Shown here: piece after piece, positions 41,381 through 50,201 of the stretch
Position numbering within the stretch: position 1 is the stretch's first letter
How the letters are laid out: every line of letters starts with the position of its first letter
From: Nitrospinales bacterium
Lineage (GTDB): Bacteria > Nitrospinota > Nitrospinia > Nitrospinales > VA-1
Length of the DNA stretch: 64,000 bases
Assembly: GCA_965223345.1 (NCBI GenBank)
Contig: CBDCWG010000012.1
Coordinates: forward strand, 96,001 to 160,000
Direction of reading: 5' to 3'
Made by a program: the position numbers and the translations under genes
The notes under the pieces: model-generated
What the model was told of the DNA's origin: nothing
Seen by the model: only the letters and a program-made list of their open reading frames with translations
Databases searched by the model: none

Positions 41381-42331
41381 GATCTTGCCCCCTTCAATGT
41401 AAAGGTTAAAATGAATTATTTCATTTCAAAGTCTCCGGTTCAATGGATTGGCCGGGTCCGTATCGGGGTTTTTCCCTAAGTAGCGAAAAATGAGCCCTTT
41501 TCCTGGGGGGATCGCGCTCGGCCCGGATCTCTCCGGTCCCAGCGGCACAGAGCCATCTCGCCAGGAAATCGCCCGATCGGACCCGGCTATATGTAAAACC
41601 GGTTCTGCCGCAAAACCGCGCTCCCGGTGGGAGTGGTGTTCCGGAAACGCCTTTCACGGAAGAACCGATAAAAACAAATCCACTTTTTGCAAATCCGGCA
41701 GACGCACGCATGGGCGCGTTTGCGTTTCTTTTTTAAGAGCGTCCGTTCACCTCCGTGACAGGGGTTGCTCGCTCCCGGTTATTAGATGGGGCTGAATTCC
41801 AGATTGCCCCTCAACAAAAGTACTCGGCCCGGTATCTCTGTATGGTGTGTCGGCAGGGTGCGTGGTGTACCGCGACCACCCGGGTGCATGCAGGATCCGG
41901 GCACAATTCCATGTGCCGTGTGTCGTTCGGTTCGCGTTTCTGGGCCGGCTCGCTAATCAGGATGCCGGGGTTCTTCTCCTGTTCCGTTTGTGCGGTGTCG
42001 CCGGTTTGCATGTTCTTTCCTTTCCGGTTGCGCGTTTTCATGCTGCCTGTTTGCGTTTGCCGCGGCCGGTCGTTCGGCCTGCGAATCGTTTCATTTGCGA
42101 TGGGCTAACGGAAACTATGTTGGGCAATACTAAATGCGTTTCCTGGGAAGGAAATCGGGAAGGATTTGGGGTGGGAATCAGGAAGGCTTTCGAAAGGATC
42201 GTATCGGAGAGCCTTAGTATTACCCCACATAGTTTCCGTTGACCTGTTGTCGTCTGCGGCGGTGCTTCGTTTTCGCGGCCGCCTTGTTGCAAAATGTCCT
42301 CCGTGTTAAAGGTTTGCGTCCCTGACCGGTA

Positions 42332-42790
42332 TCAGGAGTTGGGGATCTCGATCTCCAGCCCGGAAGGCCGGTCGTAGAGAACCTCGTTGCCGTTCACGCC
42401 GTCGCCCAGGATGTCCCGGTAGATCAGGTCCCAGACGCCGTCCTGGTTCACGTCGATGGCGTAGAACATGGGGCCCTTCTCGGCGATGTAGTAGTAGTCG
42501 TCCCCTTCGTAGCTCACAGAGAAAACCAGATTCTTCGGATTGGACTCCATGATCACTTCTTCGGAATGGGGAGAGAAGTAATGCGTCTTCACGATCCGCC
42601 AGGACTCGAAATCCACCGTGCCGTCCCGGTCGAGGTCGTAGCTGACCTGGAGCATGCCTGCGTGGGACAGGTTCCAGGAGGCTTTCTCCTCGAGAGGCGG
42701 CTCAGCCGTCAGGTACGGATGGCTCCAGGCGATGGCCGGTGCGAGTACCAGAAGGCCGGTCAGGATGAGCGAGTCGATCAGGCGTTTCAT
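42332..42790 (-). CDS. Secreted protein with DxDxDG (EF-hand-like) Ca2+-binding loops, sigma-54 coregulated with the curlins
   Basis: Signal peptide; DLDRDGTVD, DVNQDGVWD and DILGDG loops. Confidence 0.75.
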   Translation of the reverse strand: MKRLIDSLILTGLLVLAPAIAWSHPYLTAEPPLEEKASWNLSHAGMLQVSYDLDRDGTVDFESWRIVKTHYFSPHSEEVIMESNPKNLVFSVSYEGDDYYYIAEKGPMFYAIDVNQDGVWDLIYRDILGDGVNGNEVLYDRPSGLEIEIPNS

Positions 42791-42866
42791 TTTATTTTCT
42801 CCTTATGATCAAGTGTTGGTTTCGATTCGGTGGGATGTCGTTGCCTCAATCCCTTGCCCCTCTCTA

Positions 42867-42987
42867 TTGCAGGGGGTGTGCCAAACGAAACGACAAGTCA
42901 AACGCCATTCTTTTCAATCACTTACAAGTTGACCGGCTTTCATTAAAACGGGAAGCCTGCATGGTCCCGGCATGCGCCCATGCATGG
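42867..42987 (-). promoter_or_regulatory. Sigma-54 promoter plus CCATGCATGG enhancer-like site
   Basis: Minus strand TTGGCACACCCCCTGCAA (42867-42884); palindrome at 42978-42987. Confidence 0.8.
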
Positions 42988-43097
42988 AGAGGCGTGCGCC
43001 CGGCCGGGATCGGGTGTTTGCGGGTGCGGATTGAAAAGAGAACACATTGTCAATGGGATGGAGATGAAGCGGGCGATGCGATGCCTTAAAACCGCAT

Positions 43098-43143
43098 AAA
43101 AAAAACCGGGCTCCGGGACCGCGTGGGCGGTCCGGGAACCCGG
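43098..43143 (-). terminator. Rho-independent terminator of curlin gene 1
   Basis: GC-rich hairpin CCGGG...CCCGG followed by a T-run on the minus strand. Confidence 0.8.
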
Positions 43144-43170
43144 TGTGGATGAACCGATGTGGCTTGTCAA

Positions 43171-43713
43171 TCAGTCCTGAGCGACGATGGCGATGCCTCC
43201 GCCGTTCTGGATGACGTCGGTCCTGCTGGCAACGCCGGTGGTGGCGACGACGGCGACGTTGTCTTTGCCGACCTGCTCCACCTGGCTGCTGTTGAAGCCG
43301 CCGTTCTGCAGCACGACACCGACATTGTTGTTGCCGAACTGGCTGACGCCGGCGTTGTTCACTTCGCCGCGCTGGTTGACCAGGCCGGTGTTGAAGTTGC
43401 CGCGCTGGTTCAGTTCAGCGTTGTTGACAGCGCCGTCCTGAGAAATGTGGCCGAACTGGAAGTTGCCGCGCTGGCTGATGGCCGCACCATTCAGCGTCCC
43501 TCTCTGAATCGCTTCGGCTTTGTTGTCGGAACCGAAGGACGGCAGGTAGCTGGATTTCGGGGTGTAGCCTTTCTTCATGGGCATGCTGCGGTAGCTCTTT
43601 TTGGAGCTCCACTTCTTCAGGCTTTTGCGCTCCCAGGCTTCGCTGCTGTCAACCATGGACAGGCTGAAAGCCGCGAGAACAGCGAGAGCGATGGCGGTGA
43701 TGGACTTTTTCAT
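43171..43713 (-). CDS. Curlin-repeat protein 1 (type alpha)
   Basis: Sec signal, Lys-rich leader, about five 22-aa repeats of N-x-A-x-I-x-Q-x-G half-units. Confidence 0.88.
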   Translation of the reverse strand: MKKSITAIALAVLAAFSLSMVDSSEAWERKSLKKWSSKKSYRSMPMKKGYTPKSSYLPSFGSDNKAEAIQRGTLNGAAISQRGNFQFGHISQDGAVNNAELNQRGNFNTGLVNQRGEVNNAGVSQFGNNNVGVVLQNGGFNSSQVEQVGKDNVAVVATTGVASRTDVIQNGGGIAIVAQD

Positions 43714-43810
43714 TGTGTGATCTCCTTTCAAGGTTTTTTGGTTGTGTGTTGAACTTGAGGTTTGAATCCTTGTTTTTCCGATTCATTCAAATCGTATCTG
43801 CCCTCTATAA

Positions 43811-43921
43811 ATGCAGGCTGCGTGCCAAAACCCAGAGTCCTTTATGAACAATACTTTAAACGTTTTCACGCCTAGCTGGGAACGCGTGAGGTGCATGGTC
43901 GATCACGGCTTCCATGCATGG
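43811..43921 (-). promoter_or_regulatory. Sigma-54 promoter plus enhancer-like site (curlin 1)
   Basis: TTGGCACGCAGCCTGCAT; CCATGCATGG at 43912-43921. Confidence 0.85.
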
Positions 43922-43998
43922 AGCGATGGGTTGGGCTTAGCTTCGGCGCTGGGAATCCTGCGAATCATTTCCTTCGCCGCTGGCGGCTCGATCACAAT

Positions 43999-44048
43999 AA
44001 AAAAAAACCGGGTTTCGAGACCGCCTGAGCGGCCAGGAAACCCGGTTT
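43999..44048 (-). terminator. Rho-independent terminator of curlin gene 2
   Basis: AAACCGGGTTTC...GAAACCCGGTTT stem with T-run on the minus strand. Confidence 0.8.
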
Positions 44049-44077
44049 CTTGGGATGTACGCCAGTACCCCTTGGTC

Positions 44078-44578
44078 TTATCGCTCCTGCGTGATGACTG
44101 CGGTGTTGCCTTTGCCAACCTGCAGGGTGTTTGCGGTGTCACCCACGCCGGTCTGCGTGGTCACAGCGAGGTTGCCTTTGCCGAACTGAGCCGTGTTGGC
44201 GTTGTTGAACGCGCCGCTCTGAACGGTCACGCCGACGTTGGCTTTGCCAACCTGGGTCAGGTTGCTGTTGTTAGCGAAAGAGTTGCCAACCTGCTGGGTC
44301 ACGCCCACGTTGAAAGCACCTTTCTGGGTCGTGGTGGCGTTGTTGAACGCGCCCTGCTGAACCGTCTGGCTGAAGTTTTTGTAGCCGCGCTGGCTGACGG
44401 CGGCGCCGTTCAGGTAGCCCTGCTGAGCTACGGTAGCCTGGTTCTGAGAGCTGTACCACTTGGGCAGGGTGCGGTAGCTTTTCTTCTTCAGGCTTTTGCG
44501 TTCCCAGGCGACGGCGCTGGAAGCGGCGGATACGGTGAAAGCGGCGATGAGTGCGACTGCGATGATGGACTTTTTCAT
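44078..44578 (-). CDS. Curlin-repeat protein 2 (type beta)
   Basis: Signal peptide, WERK leader, repeats NQATVAQQG/NGAAVSQRG/NNATTTQKG etc. Confidence 0.9.
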   Translation of the reverse strand: MKKSIIAVALIAAFTVSAASSAVAWERKSLKKKSYRTLPKWYSSQNQATVAQQGYLNGAAVSQRGYKNFSQTVQQGAFNNATTTQKGAFNVGVTQQVGNSFANNSNLTQVGKANVGVTVQSGAFNNANTAQFGKGNLAVTTQTGVGDTANTLQVGKGNTAVITQER

Positions 44579-44672
44579 TTTGATTTCTCCTTTAGGTTGA
44601 GTGTGTGTTGCTGGTTGTTGGTTTTAGTGAGTGTTTGTTGCGATTCTTTCAAATCGTTTCTGCTCCTGTGTA

Positions 44673-44784
44673 TTGCAGGCGCCGTGCCAAAATCGATTTC
44701 CCATTAAATACAAAGATTTAACTGCTTTCACCGCATTGCCTCACTCCCGTTCCATGCACGGTCCCGGCAATCCTCCATGCATGG
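44673..44784 (-). promoter_or_regulatory. Sigma-54 promoter plus enhancer-like sites (curlin 2)
   Basis: TTGGCACGGCGCCTGCAA; CCATGCACGG at 44752 and CCATGCATGG at 44775. Confidence 0.88.
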
Positions 44785-44920
44785 ATACAGGGGAGCGGGC
44801 ATGCCCTGCCCCCCATGCAAGCATCACCGGTAGCAAGCGGGCTGGGAAAACGGGAAGCGGGCGAGAGCACCCTCTGCCGAGGGGATATCGGGTTGGTTTC
44901 GGGGACGGGTGTTTTTACAC

Positions 44921-44963
44921 AAAAAAAACCGGGCCTCCCGCCGGTTAAGGCGTGGAGACCCGG
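44921..44963 (-). terminator. Rho-independent terminator of curlin gene 3
   Basis: CCGGGTCTCCACGCC...GGCGGGAGGCCCGG followed by T8. Confidence 0.85.
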
Positions 44964-44995
44964 ATGGGTGTTGAACGTGGGCTCGGTATCTGAGC

Positions 44996-45418
44996 TTAGT
45001 TCTGAGTGATGACGGCGGTGTTGCCTGCGCCATGCTGGTTGATGTGAGCGCTGTCACCCACGCCGCCCTGCAGGATCAGGCCCTGGTTGCCGATTCCGTG
45101 CTGCTGGATCGTGCCGGTGTTGAATGCGCCACCCTGAACGATGTGGCCCTGGTTCGCACAACCGGACTGAGCGATCGCGGCGTTGTTCTGGTAGCCGAAC
45201 TGCGTCGCCGAAGCGTTGTTGCCCGGTGCGAAGTAGCAGGGATCATACAGCTTGTGCTTCGGCTTCGGGGTGTACCCTTTCTTCATGGGCATCTCCATGC
45301 GGTATCCCTTTTTGGGGCTCCACTTCTTCATGCCTTTGCGCTCCCAGGCGACGGCGCTGGAAGCAGCGGATACGGTGAAAGCGGCGATGAGGGCGATGGC
45401 GATGATGGACTTTTTCAT
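44996..45418 (-). CDS. Curlin-repeat protein 3 (type gamma, two Cys)
   Basis: Signal peptide, K/M-rich leader, about 3.5 curlin repeats, Cys pair. Confidence 0.9.
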   Translation of the reverse strand: MKKSIIAIALIAAFTVSAASSAVAWERKGMKKWSPKKGYRMEMPMKKGYTPKPKHKLYDPCYFAPGNNASATQFGYQNNAAIAQSGCANQGHIVQGGAFNTGTIQQHGIGNQGLILQGGVGDSAHINQHGAGNTAVITQN

Positions 45419-45511
45419 TTTGTTTCTCCTTTAGGTTGAGTGTGTGTTGCTGGTTGTTGTTTTGAGTTTGTGTTTTTCCGATTCATTCAAATCGTTTCTG
45501 CCCCCTAGCTA

Positions 45512-45623
45512 TTGCACCCGCCGTGCCAAAATATCTTTCCACTTAAATACAACAAGTTAGCCGTTCCCACCCCCATGCCTCACTCCCGTTCCATGCACGG
45601 TCCCGGCAAACGACCATGCATGG
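45512..45623 (-). promoter_or_regulatory. Sigma-54 promoter plus enhancer-like sites (curlin 3)
   Basis: TTGGCACGGCGGGTGCAA; CCATGCACGG at 45591 and CCATGCATGG at 45614. Confidence 0.88.
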
Positions 45624-45762
45624 ATACTGAGGGCATGGCATCGGAGCGGTGCGGGCGCATCGCGTTTGGATCAACGCGTTTCCGTGTGGGTTTCCATGCT
45701 CTGCGGGATTGAATGAGCCTGCTGGGCTGGGGACGGTCCTAGCGGGGCGGATGTTTTTACAC

Positions 45763-45803
45763 AAAAAAAACCGGGCCTCCCGCCGTGAGGCGTGGAGACC
45801 CGG
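45763..45803 (-). terminator. Rho-independent terminator of curlin gene 4
   Basis: Hairpin homologous to that of curlin 3, with T8. Confidence 0.85.
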
Positions 45804-45834
45804 ATGGGTGTTGAACGTGGGTTTGCTATCAAGC

Positions 45835-46248
45835 TCAGTTCTGGGTGATGACTGCAGAGTTGCCAATGCCGTGCTGGTTGATGTGAGCGCTGTCACCCAC
45901 GCCGCCCTGCAGGATCAGGCCCTGGTTGCCAATCCCGTGCTGCTGGATCGAACCGTTGTTGAACGCGCCACCCTGAACGATGTGGCCCTGGTTGGCACAA
46001 CCGGACTGAGCAACGGCTGCGTTGTTCTGGTAGCCGAACTGCGTGGCGGAAGCGTTGTTGCCCGGCAGGAAGTAGCAGGGATCAAAGTGACGCTTCGGGG
46101 TCAGGCTGCGCTTCATGGGCATCTCCATGCGATAGCCTTTTTTGGGGCTCCACTTCTTCATGCCTTTGCGCTCCCAGGCAACGGCGCTGGAAGCAGCGGA
46201 TACGGTGAAAGCAGCGACGAGGGCGATTGCGATGATGGACTTTTTCAT
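45835..46248 (-). CDS. Curlin-repeat protein 4 (type gamma, two Cys)
   Basis: Paralog of curlin 3; start at MKKSII after RBS GGAG. Confidence 0.9.
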   Translation of the reverse strand: MKKSIIAIALVAAFTVSAASSAVAWERKGMKKWSPKKGYRMEMPMKRSLTPKRHFDPCYFLPGNNASATQFGYQNNAAVAQSGCANQGHIVQGGAFNNGSIQQHGIGNQGLILQGGVGDSAHINQHGIGNSAVITQN

Positions 46249-46341
46249 TTTGGTTTCTCCTTTGGGTTGAGTGTTTTGTTGATTCATGTTTTTAAGTTTG
46301 TGTTCGTTGCGATTGTTTCAAATCGCTTCTGCCCATAGCTA

Positions 46342-46453
46342 TTGCAGACGCCATGCCAAAATCGAACCCCCCTTAAACACAACAACTTAACCGTTCCCAC
46401 CCCAAAGCATCACACAAGTTCCATGCACGGTCCCGGCAAGCGACCATGCATGA
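46342..46453 (-). promoter_or_regulatory. Sigma-54 promoter plus enhancer-like sites (curlin 4)
   Basis: TTGGCATGGCGTCTGCAA; CCATGCACGG at 46421 and CCATGCATGA at 46444. Confidence 0.85.
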
Positions 46454-46560
46454 ACATCCACAGGGCATGGAGAATCCGATCGACAAACAAATGTTAGAAA
46501 AAGAAAGCCGGCGGGAGGTCTACGGGGAAACGCGGGATGGAAAGCGGGACGCTTGCGCGC

Positions 46561-46606
46561 AAAAAAAACCGGGCCCCTGGACCGCGTGCGCGATCCGGGA
46601 GCCCGG
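46561..46606 (-). terminator. Rho-independent terminator of curlin gene 5
   Basis: CCGGGC...GCCCGG hairpin with T8 on the minus strand. Confidence 0.8.
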
Positions 46607-46624
46607 CTGTGCTCCAGATATTAC

Positions 46625-47167
46625 TTATTTTCCATCTTGAGCGACGATGGCGATGTTGTTGCCATCTTTCTGCTGTACCTGGGTCTGATTGGCAATGCTG
46701 CCTTTGGTGCCGACGATCGCGACATTGTTGTTGCCGGCCTGGTCCACACCACTGGTGTTGATCTTGCCTTGCTGCAGCACAATACCGGCATTGGCGTTGC
46801 CTTGCTGGCTCAGTCGGGCGTTGTTCACGTCCCCCTTCTGATTCACCAGACCGGTATTGAAGTTGCCTTTCTGTCTCAGTTCCGCATCATTGACACTGCC
46901 TCTCTGATTGATGTTGCCGAACTGAAAGTTGCCCTTCTGGCTGATGGCGCCCTGGTTGACGGCGCCGTTCTGCATAATTTCAGCCTTGCTGTTGGAACGG
47001 AAAGACCTCTGGTTCGAGCGCTGCCCCATCTGTTTCATGGGAGCGTTCTTGCCGATACCTTTGTTGTTCCATTTCTGCATTCCCTTTCGGTCTCCGGCTT
47101 GTGCGCTGAGAACAGCGCAAAACACGAAGGCAGCCGCAAGGGATCCGACTAAAATAGTCTTTTTCAC
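46625..47167 (-). CDS. Curlin-repeat protein 5 (type alpha)
   Basis: GTG start after AAGGAG; paralog of curlin 1 (shares GNFQFG, GNFNTGLVNQ, IAIVAQD). Confidence 0.87.
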   Translation of the reverse strand: MKKTILVGSLAAAFVFCAVLSAQAGDRKGMQKWNNKGIGKNAPMKQMGQRSNQRSFRSNSKAEIMQNGAVNQGAISQKGNFQFGNINQRGSVNDAELRQKGNFNTGLVNQKGDVNNARLSQQGNANAGIVLQQGKINTSGVDQAGNNNVAIVGTKGSIANQTQVQQKDGNNIAIVAQDGK

Positions 47168-47301
47168 TTTTGAAGCTCCTTTCCGGTACAGGTGGCTGTT
47201 ACGAAATAAGGGTTGCTGCATTTTTTCGTATCGATCGTATCTCCCCCGGCCCGCCCCGAAAATCCGGAGCGGACCAGGATAGATGCCTGACCGGGTCCTG
47301 C

Positions 47302-47880
47302 TTACTGCTGGTCGATAACGGAAACGTTGCCTTTACCAACCTGCTGGGTGTTCGCGGTGTCGCCCACGCCACTCTGCGTGGTGACGCCGATGTTGCCTTT
47401 GCCGTGCTGGTTCATGTTGCTCTGGTTGAACGCGCCACTCTGGATCTGCGCACCCACATTGGCTTTGCCATGCTGGTTCATGTTAGCGGTGTTACCGAAA
47501 GAGTTGCCAACCTGGCCCTGAATGCCCACGTTGTGCTTGCCTTTCTGGTTCATGTTCGCACTGTTCAACGCGCCCTGCTGAGTCTGAAGACCGAAGTTGT
47601 TGCGGCCGCGCTGATTCATGTTCGCATCATTCAGCACACCCTGCTGACCGATGACGCCCGTGTTCCGGCTGCCCTTCTGTCCCATGGTGGCGCTGTTCAG
47701 AACACCCTGCTGGGTAACGCTCCCCTGGTTTTGCCCGCCAAAATGACGAGGCATGGTTTTGGTTTTACCCATGGAGGAACCCTTATGCATTCCAGGTTTT
47801 TTCCGATCAGCTTCCGCGTTGGAAACAAAAGATGCCGTGAATACGGCCACGATGGCAAGAGCAATGATAGAGTTTCTCAT
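47302..47880 (-). CDS. Curlin-repeat protein 6 (type beta)
   Basis: Paralog of curlin 2 (QVGNSF, GKANVG, QSGAFN, GVGDTANT) with an extra repeat. Confidence 0.9.
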   Translation of the reverse strand: MRNSIIALAIVAVFTASFVSNAEADRKKPGMHKGSSMGKTKTMPRHFGGQNQGSVTQQGVLNSATMGQKGSRNTGVIGQQGVLNDANMNQRGRNNFGLQTQQGALNSANMNQKGKHNVGIQGQVGNSFGNTANMNQHGKANVGAQIQSGAFNQSNMNQHGKGNIGVTTQSGVGDTANTQQVGKGNVSVIDQQ

Positions 47881-48197
47881 TTGGAACTCCTTTCCGGTTG
47901 AGTTTTTGCTATGAATTCGAGTGGTGTTCAGTACTATTTATTACTTTTTTCAAAATCATTCAAACGGTTTTTTTAATTGGGTTTGCTCACCTCCTTTGGA
48001 TTTTTTGAATACCTTTAAATACAATGCTCCTCCCACCGTCTTTTTTTGCTGTATCCGCATGCCGCACAAACTCTGCATGTGCTCCGCATGTCGGAAGGAT
48101 GGAACCCAGAGGAGCGGGAACGATAAAGTCCGGGCCCCGGGGCCGCTGCTGCGGCCCGGAACCCGGATGGGTCAACAGAATCAGCCTGATACCAAGC

Positions 48198-48620
48198 TCA
48201 GTTCTGGGTGATGACTGCGGAGTTGCCAATGCCGTGCTGGTTGATGTGAGCGCTGTCACCCACGCCGCCCTGCAGGATCAGGCCCTGGTTGGCGATTCCG
48301 TGCTGCTGGATCGAACCGTTGTTGAACGCGCCACCCTGAACGATGTGGCCCTGGTTCAAACAACCGGACTGAGCGATCGCGGCGTTGTTCTGGTAGCCGA
48401 ACTGCGTGGCGGAAGCGTTGTTGCCCGGTGCGAAGTAGCAGGGATCATACAGCTTGTGCTTCGGCTTCGGGGTGTACCCTTTCTTCATGGGCATCTCCAT
48501 GCGATAGCCTTTTTTGGGGCTCCACTTCTTCATGCCTTTGCGCTCCCAGGCGACGGCGCTGGATGCGGCGGATACGGTGAAAGCGGCGACGAGGGCGATT
48601 GCGATGATGGACTTTTTCAT
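48198..48620 (-). CDS. Curlin-repeat protein 7 (type gamma, two Cys)
   Basis: Mosaic paralog of curlins 3 and 4. Confidence 0.9.
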   Translation of the reverse strand: MKKSIIAIALVAAFTVSAASSAVAWERKGMKKWSPKKGYRMEMPMKKGYTPKPKHKLYDPCYFAPGNNASATQFGYQNNAAIAQSGCLNQGHIVQGGAFNNGSIQQHGIANQGLILQGGVGDSAHINQHGIGNSAVITQN

Positions 48621-48713
48621 TTTGATTTCTCCTTAGGTTGAGTGTTTTTTACTGATTGTTGGTTTTAGTGAGTGTTTGTTGCGATTCATTCAAATCGTTT
48701 CTGCCCATAGCTA

Positions 48714-48824
48714 TTGCACCCGCCGTGCCAAAACGAAAACGCCTTTATTTATAATTACTTCCTCATTTTTTACGGTATCAATCTCATGCACGGCAACCGA
48801 TACCATGCATGGCACCGTGCATGG
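48714..48824 (-). promoter_or_regulatory. Sigma-54 promoter plus enhancer-like sites (curlin 7)
   Basis: TTGGCACGGCGGGTGCAA; CCATGCATGG at 48803 and CCGTGCATGG at 48815. Confidence 0.88.
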
Positions 48825-49077
48825 ACAAACGGTTTGCATGGCAAACGAATCCGGCCGCAAGATTTTTAAAAACAACGCAAACGATAAAGATCGGAGCGCG
48901 CGGCGGGTGTGAACGCGCTGCATGGAGCCGGGGAGTGTCGTCTCGCACTTCGTTTGGGAAAAACGAACACCGCGTCTGAGAAAAACCTGTTCCCGGAACA
49001 GTGTCGTGGTCTGCGTTTGATATGGAAAGAACCCGACGAACGGGAGGGACCGGTCGTTCACAGGCAGGCGGTTTTTG

Positions 49078-49784
49078 CACAAAAAAAACCGGGCCTCCCG
49101 CCGGTTAAGGCGTGGAGACCCGGATGGGTGTTGAACGTGGGCTCGGTATCTGAGCTTAGTTCTGAGTGATGACGGCGGTGTTGCCTGCGCCATGCTGGTT
49201 GATGTGAGCGCTGTCACCCACGCCGCCCTGCAGGATCAGGCCCTGGTTGCCGATTCCGTGCTGCTGGATCGTGCCGGTGTTGAATGCGCCACCCTGAACG
49301 ATGTGGCCCTGGTTCGCACAACCGGACTGAGCGATCGCGGCGTTGTTCTGGTAGCCGAACTGCGTCGCCGAAGCGTTGTTGCCCGGTGCGAAGTAGCAGG
49401 GATCATACAGCTTGTGCTTCGGCTTCGGGGTGTACCCTTTCTTCATGGGCATCTCCATGCGGTATCCCTTTTTGGGGCTCCACTTCTTCATGCCTTTGCG
49501 CTCCCAGGCGACGGCGCTGGAAGCAGCGGATACGGTGAAAGCGGCGATGAGGGCGATGGCGATGATGGACTTTTTCATTTTGTTTCTCCTTTAGGTTGAG
49601 TGTGTGTTGCTGGTTGTTGTTTTGAGTTTGTGTTTTTCCGATTCATTCAAATCGTTTCTGCCCCCTAGCTATTGCACCCGCCGTGCCAAAATATCTTTCC
49701 ACTTAAATACAACAAGTTAGCCGTTCCCACCCCCATGCCTCACTCCCGTTCCATGCACGGTCCCGGCAAACGACCATGCATGGA
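49078..49784. repeat. 707-bp direct repeat, copy B (terminator + curlin 8 + sigma-54 promoter at 49672-49689 + enhancer)
   Basis: Identical by eye to 44918-45624. Confidence 0.92.
49156..49578 (-). CDS. Curlin-repeat protein 8 (type gamma; identical to curlin 3)
   Basis: Same 140-aa translation as 44996-45418. Confidence 0.9.
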   Translation of the reverse strand: MKKSIIAIALIAAFTVSAASSAVAWERKGMKKWSPKKGYRMEMPMKKGYTPKPKHKLYDPCYFAPGNNASATQFGYQNNAAIAQSGCANQGHIVQGGAFNTGTIQQHGIGNQGLILQGGVGDSAHINQHGAGNTAVITQN

Positions 49785-50129
49785 GATGAGCTGGGCACGC
49801 ACACCCCGCACCCATGCAAAGAACGCTGCGGGCGGCATCGGCGGAAAAACCGGGTATGGATGAAAACACACGGCGTGCCGGGACGACCGATACGGCGCAA
49901 GGAAGCCGGGAAAGGATAAGGGGCTTTATTTTCAAAGGAGTATTTTGCAAGGGCGGGAGAGGCCGGCGGGTCTCACGGGATTTTCACTGTGCTCTCATTA
50001 TTTTTTGGCGTAAATCGGGAATAAAGAGATAGCGATTTTGCTGTGAAAGGGTTAAATTTCGGGTTCATATGGGAAAAAGGCCTCAGGCCGGGGATCGCCT
50101 GAGACGCGGGTCTGGCCTGGGAACCGGAC

Positions 50130-50170
50130 AAAAAAAACGGGCCTCCCGCCGGTTACGGCGTGGAGACCCG
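50130..50170 (-). terminator. Rho-independent terminator of curlin gene 9
   Basis: Same hairpin family as curlins 3/4/8, with T-run. Confidence 0.85.
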
Positions 50171-50201
50171 GTTGATTGCTTTTGGATTGAAGCGCGCTGC
50201 C

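Larger units (their letters stand above)
44918..45624. repeat. 707-bp direct repeat, copy A (terminator + curlin 3 + promoter + enhancer)
   Basis: Identical by eye to 49078-49784 (offset 4160). Confidence 0.92.
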
